Notes under the pieces: generated by a model
Seen by the model: the letters and a program-made list of their open reading frames with translations, nothing else
Told to the model about the DNA's origin: nothing
The model's database searches: none
Source of the DNA: Octopus bimaculoides
Taxonomy: Eukaryota
Direction of reading: 5' to 3'
DNA: 46,776 nucleotides
Assembly: GCF_001194135.2 (NCBI RefSeq)
Contig: NC_068981.1
Coordinates: forward strand, 26,078,728 to 26,125,503
Position numbers and translations under genes: made by a program
Shown: piece by piece, positions 38,085-46,776 of the stretch
How positions within the stretch are numbered: position 1 is the stretch's first letter
Layout of the letters: every line of letters starts with the position of its first letter

Positions 38085-39643
38085 NNNNNNNNNNNNNNNN
38101 NNNNNNNNNNNNNNNNNNNNNNNNNNNNNNNNNNNNNNNNNNNNNNNNNNNNNNNNNNNNNNNNNNNNNNNNNNNNNNNNNNNNNNNNNNNNNNNNNNNN
38201 NNNNNNNNNNNNNNNNNNNNNNNNNNNNNNNNNNNNNNNNNNNNNNNNNNNNNNNNNNNNNNNNNNNNNNNNNNNNNNNNNNNNNNNNNNNNNNNNNNNN
38301 NNNNNNNNNNNNNNNNNNNNNNNNNNNNNNNNNNNNNNNNNNNNNNNNNNNNNNNNNNNNNNNNNNNNNNNNNNNNNNNNNNNNNNNNNNNNNNNNNNNN
38401 NNNNNNNNNNNNNNNNNNNNNNNNNNNNNNNNNNNNNNNNNNNNNNNNNNNNNNNNNNNNNNNNNNNNNNNNNNNNNNNNNNNNNNNNNNNNNNNNNNNN
38501 NNNNNNNNNNNNNNNNNNNNNNNNNNNNNNNNNNNNNNNNNNNNNNNNNNNNNNNNNNNNNNNNNNNNNNNNNNNNNNNNNNNNNNNNNNNNNNNNNNNN
38601 NNNNNNNNNNNNNNNNNNNNNNNNNNNNNNNNNNNNNNNNNNNNNNNNNNNNNNNNNNNNNNNNNNNNNNNNNNNNNNNNNNNNNNNNNNNNNNNNNNNN
38701 NNNNNNNNNNNNNNNNNNNNNNNNNNNNNNNNNNNNNNNNNNNNNNNNNNNNNNNNNNNNNNNNNNNNNNNNNNNNNNNNNNNNNNNNNNNNNNNNNNNN
38801 NNNNATATATATATATATATATATATATAATAGTGTAACTTACGTCAACAAAAAGAAAAACGGAAGATAAATGTTACTGTATCTTACCTGGAGCAAGGTT
38901 TTAATCGCATCATATGTTTGGGATATAATATTTTCCTGAAAGTAAAAGTAAAAGAAACAAAGATTATAAACATTAAATGTAAGCGTATTATTTAAGAGTA
39001 AATACAACACTAGAAATGTCAAATATTTCTTTAAAAAAAGAATAATGGTCTACATTCGAATACAAAACCATTAAGATATTTTAGTTTTCTTGGTATTAAA
39101 TATATGTCACTGAAGTGTCCAATTACTTGCCATTTGCTGTCACTACACAAATATACTGTTATATTTGAATAGGATCCAAACGGTTGAAAAGATTTGCTTA
39201 AGTAACAATAAATACTATTTAGTGATATTTCTCGAGTCAATACGGTTAAACGATATTTGAAATGTTCAGCTGTTCCTATGTTGAATATATAAATATATAA
39301 TACAATTATGAAAGCAATAAAAGAGTTATACAATTTCGTTTATTTCGCTTTTAAGTGAGGTATGATATTTTGCCGCACAGTTCTTCACTTTTATTTAACA
39401 AACAACTCAGAGTTACTTTGAAGCTTTGTGCTCAATGTTAAAGACTATGAAATATACCATTATGGTAGAATACTAGATTTACCCATACATTTTAGTGCTT
39501 CTGTGAAAATTATTTATCTATTTTCTGAGTTCCTGTTACTGTTTTCTAGCCCACGATCAGTACTGTAGGGATAAACTTTTGGCTTAGTAAATATACACTT
39601 AATATATTTGAATGAATGCTAACACGTTTGCCAAGCTACAGAT

Positions 39644-39664
39644 CTATCTAACTATCTATCTATC

Positions 39665-39728
<64 letters not shown>
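39644..39728. repeat. (TATC)n microsatellite
   Basis: Direct reading. Confidence 0.95.
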
Positions 39729-39729
<1 letters not shown>

Positions 39730-40237
39730 GGCTATTTACACACGCGCACACACACTTATATAATGTATATATATATATAAACGATTATTTGGTTTGATAC
39801 ATTAATTCATTTTCACAATTCATGGTATGCTATTTTACTACAATAATATTCATTTATTTTTCCCAGCTACCCTTTGCTTCATTTAGATGTACTCAGTTTT
39901 CAGCATTCTTCCAAACCTATATCACTCACATAATTATTCTTATAAAGGCTTTGTAGAAAATTCTCAAATATATAAGCACGTTCTCAGTATCATATGACGT
40001 ATAATTCCCAAAGATGGAACCATACCATCATATATAACAATTCCTAAGTTCAAAGAGTTATTTTATTCCCTAATGCTAATGCGATATTTGTCGATATATG
40101 ATTGGATGTGGGTACATATTTTGCTGATATTGTATATTAAATTAACCGACTTTTACAACTTTATGCATGGGAGTTCGGTTTGCCGTGCAAATATGTAATA
40201 AAGGAGGCTGAAATAATAGTATTTTCTCAGAGTAAAC

Positions 40238-40277
<40 letters not shown>

Positions 40278-41299
40278 CATGACCGCAATACACACACACA
40301 CGTACACACACACACGTACACACACAAATACGTGTACTTGTTTCAATGGACAAGTGGAAGATGAAAGAGAAAACAAGCATCGATGAATTTCGACCGCAAA
40401 AGGAAATAGGACGGAATTTCATTTTGTGAAGCATTCGATCCGTTCTTTCCATAGTTTCCATCACATTCTTTTCTAATTCAGCTCATCTTTAGAATAGGGA
40501 TTTATTCCAAGTTGATTACGCACGTAGCTAATTGTGTAGATGACATTAATAACTGATTGAATATATTATTTTGTAGATATCGGATCTAATAGGCCAAAAT
40601 GTCAAGACAAACCAAAATGAACCAACCCTCGTAGTATTTATGGATGAAATAAATAAGTTGTATCTGTTATTTCACCATTATTCAGATACGTAATCTTTGT
40701 AGAATTGAATGCAACTCAATATTTCTTTTAGTTTATAACAAAATATGGTACGTGATTTTAAAGAAGTTAACCCAGGAGGTCCCACAAATACATAGAATTT
40801 ACTTCCAATGGCATGTGACTGAATATTATTTTGTTTCGATAACTGCAAATAAAAGCTTTACATGGAATCAAGAGCGATACATTACTAGTAATTTGCTGTA
40901 TAATACCCGGAAAGTGAAAGGAAAATATTGCATTCATGCGATTTAAGTTCTGAAATGAGGGGACTAAAATTACCTCGTACAGCTGTTGTGAAACGATTGA
41001 ACATGAATTATAAAACGTTGATGCTCCAGTGACATTGTTCTAGCACACACCATAACAAATGATTCAACAAAAATAGAAAGTATAAAATATTCCGTTACTT
41101 CTATCTTTTATGTCAACTCACTCGGTTTCTCATAACACAATAGCATGAACCTACAGTAAAAAATATGATGATTAAGATTGCAGTATGTCTTTGCTGAAAG
41201 TTAGGAAATTTATAAATGCATACTCTTCGATTTTGTATCAGCATTTTCCATAGATATAATATATTGAATTATAACTACAAATACGATAGATATTTGTTT

Positions 41300-41470
41300 A
41301 TTTCTAATTTAGACGCAAGGCTAGCAAATTGATGGGAGAGGAATAGTCGAGTACATCGAATCAACGCTCGACTGGTACTTTATTTCATCGACCCAGTTAA
41401 AATGAAAGTCATAATTGTCTCTGACGGATTTTGAACTTGGAATGTAAACTACCCGAACAAATAGCTTAAC
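41300..41470 (-). mobile_element. SINE family A, head-truncated
   Basis: caaggctagcaaatt, tagtcgagtacatcgaatc, gactggtactttatttcatcgaccc. Confidence 0.75.
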
Positions 41471-41489
41471 GTATTACTGCAACTAATAA

Positions 41490-41703
41490 TTCTTTCACAT
41501 TTTGGGACAAATCTAGCAATTTTGGTGTAGGGCATACGTCAATTACGTCGATCCTGGTGTTCAACTAGTATTTATTTTATCGACCCCGAAAGAATAAAAT
41601 ACAAAGACGAAATCGGCAGAACTTGAACTTAGAACGTAAAGACAGGCGAAATGCCGCCAAACATTTAACACAGCGTACTAAACATGCTACCAGCTCGCTG
41701 CCT
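41490..41703 (-). mobile_element. SINE family A, full length
   Basis: ttattttatcgaccccgaaagaataaaa, gaacttgaacttagaacgtaaagacaggcgaaatgccgc, ccagctcgctgcc. Confidence 0.85.
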
Positions 41704-41923
41704 ACTACTGCAACTTTTATTAATAAACCATAACATCATTCTCCTCGATAGGAATTGCAATTAGATGTTACTATTGCAACATGCAATACTACTTGCATAG
41801 GGAAAAAATCAAAAGTACAAGTGAGATATTTAACACAATGAAATGTGTAAAATATAAAGTTTCTTGAATGGCACAACAGTGCAGAGTGGACTTTAATAAT
41901 AACTGTTGTTGTTATCAACACTG

Positions 41924-42135
41924 ATTTCAAATTATGCTACAAGGCTAGCAGTGTCTGGGGAGAGGGCAAGTCGATTACATCGACCGCAGTATTTAAGTGG
42001 TACTTATTTCATTAACCCCGAAAGGATGAAATACAAACTCAAACTCGGCGAAACTTGAAATCAGAACGTGAAAACGGTGGAAATGCCGCTAAGCATTTCG
42101 CTCGTAAGCTAACGATTCTGCCAGCTCACCGCCTT
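41924..42135 (-). mobile_element. SINE family A, full length (left arm of the inverted pair)
   Basis: gtcgattacatcgaccgcagt, accccgaaaggatgaaa, gaaatgccgctaagcatttcgctc, gattctgccagctcaccgcctt. Confidence 0.9.
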
Positions 42136-42168
42136 GTTTGCTGTTGTTAATATTAACAATGTTAACAA

Positions 42169-42383
42169 CGCGGCGAGATGGCAAAATTATTCGTACGTCG
42201 AGCAAAATTCTTAGCGGCATTTCGTTAGTCTTTACGTTATGGGTCCAAATACCACCGGAGTCACCTTTGCTTTTCATCCTTTCGGATTCGGTAAAATAAG
42301 TACCAGTTGAGCACTGGGGTCAATTTAATCGACTTAGCCATATCCCTCCGAAATTGCTGGCCTTGTACCATATCTTGAAACCA
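42169..42383 (+). mobile_element. SINE family A, full length (right arm of the inverted pair)
   Basis: cggcgagatggcaaaatt, cttagcggcatttcg, ttttcatcctttcgg, taaaataagtaccagttgagcactggggtc, ggccttgtacc. Confidence 0.9.
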
Positions 42384-43577
42384 ATATTAGTAACGTTAAC
42401 AGAGAGATTGGTCAATGGTAGTAAGGTGTTATCAAACTGACTTTAGTCTTAATTTTGTATAAAATTTAAGTATAAGAATACGAAATGGGATGTGAAAATT
42501 ATAGTTTAGTATTGTTGAATCTGACAAAAAAGTATTGTCTAGGACAATTACAGGTCATTGTTAATTTAGAGCTAATAAAAGGAAGCAATATGATTACAGT
42601 TACTTTACAAATACAGGGTCATGAAAAGTAAATCATCAGAGAAAAGATTCGAACTTAAGAGGAACAACAGTTATAATCATGTTATGATTATGTACTATTA
42701 CAAGGTCAGTTTTATTAGGAGTCAATAGTGTGAAAACGTCGAATTTGTAGAATCATTAAGCCGTCAAACAGAATGGTTTGAACAATTTTTTTTTTTTTTT
42801 TTGGCTGCAAAAATTTCAAATTCAACCTATATGGATATTGATCTTTAGTCTTCCCATGAAGATATCCAATATGAAGGTCCGTACTTTTCCATATCTCTGA
42901 ACTGCGTCAGTAATTTATATGTCAAGCCATGTCACATTCTTTCACACTAGTACAAACTGAAGGTGTGGTAGAAACATGTTAATTTCAAGAATAGGAATCT
43001 AATTCATCTAGTAGTTCAAAGCTTTCTAATCAAGACCGACCGATAAACGCCCATAATAGCCGACATGTCGCAATACTGTTCAGTATTTAATGGCGCCTTT
43101 GCAGATCCTCCTGTGCTCGGTCGTGGGTTACTTGATTTTTGTTTACCTGAATTCCTATTCGTGAAATTAAGGAATAGACAGCTAATTACTCAGCAGACCA
43201 AGTTTGAGTGAGACACTGTGTTAATACTTCCCCTGAAATTTCAAGAATAACCAGGAGAAGAAGAAACGGTCCAGTCCTCTTATCAGATTTGTCGATCCAG
43301 AAAGTATAAATGGACAAGTTGACCATGGTAGTAATGGAACTTTGAACATATAAATCCAGAGGGAATAGTGCAACCTCATATAGCATTACTAGTTTATATA
43401 TACATATATACATATATATGTATATATATATATNNNNNNNNNNNNNNNNNNNNNNNNNNNNNNNNNNNNNNNNNNNNNNNNNNNNNNNNNNNNNNNNNNN
43501 NNNNNNNNNNNNNNNNNNNNNNNNNNNNNNNNNNNNNNNNNNNNNNNNNNNNNNNNNNNNNNNNNNNNNNNNNNNNN

Positions 43578-43610
<33 letters not shown>

Positions 43611-43627
43611 TGAATATATGTACCAAT

Positions 43628-44547
43628 TACAAGAGGGGAAGTCAAAAATTATTCGCACTTTCACCATACCATATCTTTATTATTGTCAAACGGATTCTGC
43701 GCATGCGTGTTTATAGTTGACACTATTTTGGTCACGTGATCGAATTTTGAGCTTGATCGCACCATTTTTCTTTCTGGCTTTATAGTGTAAGAATGGCAAC
43801 TCTCCCAATATGCATCAAAGAAGAACATAAAGCAGTGTTCCGATTTCTCTGGTCGGAAGGTGTGTCAGGTGGTGAAATTGATCGGAGGCTTTTGGTACAA
43901 TTGGTTAATGATTTTAACTGTCTGGCCGGCCGTGTGTGGTGTGCATTGTCGTGCAACAACAAGAGTCCATTCGACAATAGACATCAGCGTTTGGTACGAA
44001 TTGTTGGCTTCAGTTTGTTGGCCATGAAACCACTCTAAGCATTGTTGATTGCACACCACTTTTCCGAGTAGCCTTCCAGTACAGCCTCTTTTGAGTCCCA
44101 AAAAGAGCGTTCGTATCACCTTTCCCGCGGAAGACTGAGTCTTGATTTTTTCGCCTCTGGCGAGCCAGGATGTTTCTGCCCCATACTCTATTTTTAGATT
44201 CTGCTTCATAAAATGGACCCACATTTCATACCCTGTAACTATTCTGCTCAAGAATTCCTCGCCCTCATTGTTGTAGCGTTCGGGTAAACGTTGGCAGACC
44301 TCAAGACGTTTGCGCTTGTCCTCTGCTTTAAGCTCTCTTGGCACCCATCTTGCACAAAGTTTATTGAAGGCGAGCTCATCGTGGATGACTTTCAGTACCT
44401 GGTACACGTAATGGCTCGATCAGGCTCACGCTTCGATCACGTGACCACAATACTACCAACTATAAGCACACATGCGCAGTAAGCAGTGTGACAATAATAA
44501 AGTTATGTTGTGGCGAAAGTGCGGATAATCTTTGACTTTCCCTCGTA
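43628..44547. mobile_element. Rearranged non-autonomous mariner transposon with TA target duplication and ~135-bp inverted arms
   Basis: TA at 43628-43629 and 44546-44547; arms 43630-43766 and 44410-44545 about 80% identical. + strand encodes a mariner N-terminus (MATLPICIKEEHKAVFRFLWSEGVSGGEIDRRL). Minus strand encodes KLCARWVPREL, LSRIVTGYEMWVH and LLLHDNA. Confidence 0.92.
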
Positions 44548-45104
44548 TATATATTGCGTACGTGTGTGTGTGTGTGTGTGTGCGTGTGTGTGTGTATGTG
44601 TGTATGCATACATACATGTGAAAAAAAATATGCTTTTCCAGAGAATTATTATTGAAGAACTTAATGGGTTATAGTCATGATTCTCCGGAACATGCTGTAG
44701 AAAGTCTTATTTCTATTTTTTTGGTTTATGTCATCTAAACAATTTCATGAAGATCACTTTGTCTGCAGTTATTCTATACATTAAAATATAGTGACGAAAA
44801 AAAAAGAGACAATAAAATGCTAGAGAGTATGAAAAAATAGCTTATTCATTGCATATTCTTTGAATATTTCCATTTCAATGAACACTTCCTCTGCTTTAAC
44901 TTCTGCAGAAACTGCTTAACAATTGTTAATGTTGCAATGAAGAAATAAAAAATATTATATATATAGTTAATCAACTAAGGCTTATTGACCAAATGCATCG
45001 CGTTCAGTAACTTAACAAAAACACAACAAAGATGACAGCATGTGATAACGTTGGTGGGGATGAAAGGAAGTCGGGTGGAGAAAGATAATAATAATAATCA
45101 TCGT

Positions 45105-45315
45105 GCTTTCTTGCATAAAGCACAAGGCTACACATATCCTCTTAATGTAGTCTAGTCGATTCAATTGTTCTCACTATTTACTTTTTATTTATTTTATCCA
45201 TACCGGAAGTGCAGAAAGCATGCTTCACTCTGGCGAAATGTTAACTTGAGGACAGAAACTAACCACTATCTATATTTTATTCCGCAGTTCTACCGTTTCG
45301 GCATTATGTCGCCTT
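45105..45315 (-). mobile_element. SINE family A, degenerate
   Basis: aagcacaaggc, ctagtcgattcaatt, ttattttatcc, ctggcgaaatgttaacttgag, gtcgcctt. Confidence 0.6.
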
Positions 45316-45340
45316 AAAATAATAAAAACAAATATAATAA

Positions 45341-45500
45341 TCTTTTCTACAACAGGAACAAGGCCAGCAATTTTAGGGGGTGGTTACGTTACATAGACCC
45401 CAGTGGTAAACAGGTACATATTTTATCGCTCCCCAAGAGATGAAAGGTTAAGTCAGACTCGGCAGCATCTTAGGTCACAATGAAAAGACAGACGAAATAC
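45341..45500 (-). mobile_element. SINE family A, head truncated at (ATGT)n
   Basis: caaggccagcaattttagggg, catagaccccagtgg, ttttatcgctccccaagagatgaaagg, gacagacgaaatac. Confidence 0.75.
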
Positions 45501-45504
45501 TTCT

Positions 45505-45612
45505 ATGTATGTATGTATGTATATATGTTTGTATGTATGTATGTATGTATGTATGTATGTATGTATGAATGAATGTATGTATGTACGTACGTAGGTATGC
45601 ATGTATGTATGT
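45505..45612. repeat. (ATGT)n microsatellite
   Basis: Direct reading. Confidence 0.92.
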
Positions 45613-45614
45613 AA

Positions 45615-46085
45615 TACTCATTTTTTGTCACAACACCGGGTTCGTGTTCATGCCATTGTTTTGTTATTGTGAAGTAACACACTCGGCTACCGTCAAAATG
45701 CGCTCTTTTACCTGCCTGCGCTTTCGTCCATTTCGTACTAGTATACTGAGCTTATTCAAGATGCGATTGATACCTTTGACTCCTTTCCAGCACGTTCCAT
45801 ATTTGCTGTCTGCTTAAGTTTTGTTGATCTTTGCATTTATCAGACTTTTTTCTAATGTCCTTTCCTTGAGCAGTGATAACTAACGTTCCTGTTTTTCGTT
45901 TCAAGTCCTGGTCCATCAGCTGAAACAAGTGTTTATTACTTCCAGCATCCTCAGTTTGTTGTATGAATTGATCATGTGATTAATGTTCTTTCCTTTCGTT
46001 TGTTCTATTGTTTTACCTTTCCTCTTCCAACTTTCCTACTCTTTCGGTCAGTTTTTAGATACGACTTGGTTGAATGGCATGTTTT
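45615..46085 (-). mobile_element. R4/Dong-like REL retrotransposon fragment (post-RT/CCHC region), decayed
   Basis: Minus frames give DQFIQQTEDAG (cf. HGQFxRQTE), LKRKTGTLVITAQ (cf. LKRETExLIxAAQ), INAKINKT*ADSK (cf. IKAKIDKTQxDSKC) and KQWHEHEPGVVTKNE (cf. WYEHEPxxVxENE). Confidence 0.75.
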
Positions 46086-46094
46086 TCGTCAACC

Positions 46095-46692
46095 TCGAAT
46101 GGATGAAAGTATATTCGACCATGGACGAATGTAAAAGTGCAAGAAATACCACTAAATATTTTGTCTAGTGTGCTTACGATTCGGCCAGAGAAAGTGCATT
46201 TGAATGTTAAACGAGTGTGCGACTTCAAAACAACATAAATGTGATATGATCACGAAACAGAAGCTGTGACAGAAAATAAGAATTGCAAGATAGTGTGGGA
46301 CTTCTCATTAAGACTGACTATATTACTGAAGCACGAAGTTCAAATATGGATGTAGAGCACAACGTAGACAAACAATATCAGATCACAGATCTTTCAGTTT
46401 CCTTTTATAGCAGAGTCGATATGAAAGATATTGAAAAACAACTGAGAAATATTAGGATCTAGTCAGAGAATTGAAGGGACTATGAGAGATTAAAGCAACA
46501 ATTATTCCTGTGGTAAATCGTGCAGATGGCACAACACCCAAAATGCTACCTAAAAGACTGAAAGGTATTGGAACTGAAAATTGCATTGTTGACTTGCAGA
46601 AAAGTACGATCCTATATTCTGCAAGAATCCTAAGGAAAGTTCTTGACATTTAGAAGACCTGTCACCAAGCCTAATCAAATTAGCATGTACTA
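46095..46692 (+). mobile_element. 3' end of an R4/Dong-like REL retrotransposon
   Basis: YDHETEAVTENKNCKIVWDFS; ITDLSVSFYSRVDMKDIEK; IKATIIPVVNRADGTTPKMLPKRLKGIGTENCIVDLQKSTILYSARILRKVLDI* (stop 46651-46653); ~40-bp 3' UTR, then (TAA)n. Confidence 0.88.

Positions 46693-46776
<84 letters not shown>
46692..46776. repeat. (TAA)n microsatellite, running off the window
   Basis: Direct reading. Confidence 0.98.

Overview
AT-rich animal genomic DNA with dense microsatellites and 12 N-gaps, most flanked by (TA)n. The SINE families and microsatellite-rich architecture look like Octopus or another coleoid cephalopod; this is an inference from recalled repeat families, not a database hit. No host gene can be securely annotated. 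Most of the ORF track is translated microsatellite, N-gap or antisense shadow of decayed transposons. The supported content is a transposon graveyard: at least three tRNA-headed SINE families; four decayed non-LTR retrotransposon fragments with a restriction-enzyme-like (REL) endonuclease region, one ending in (TAA)n; RTE, CR1 and Tx1/L1 LINE fragments; a mariner-type MITE; and a rearranged mariner with long inverted arms. The best leads are a candidate type I hammerhead ribozyme (25339-25380, minus), the two-5'-end mariner, a head-to-head inverted REL pair, a closely spaced inverted SINE pair and one candidate 330-nt exon. I do not see convincing evidence of a new multi-gene system.
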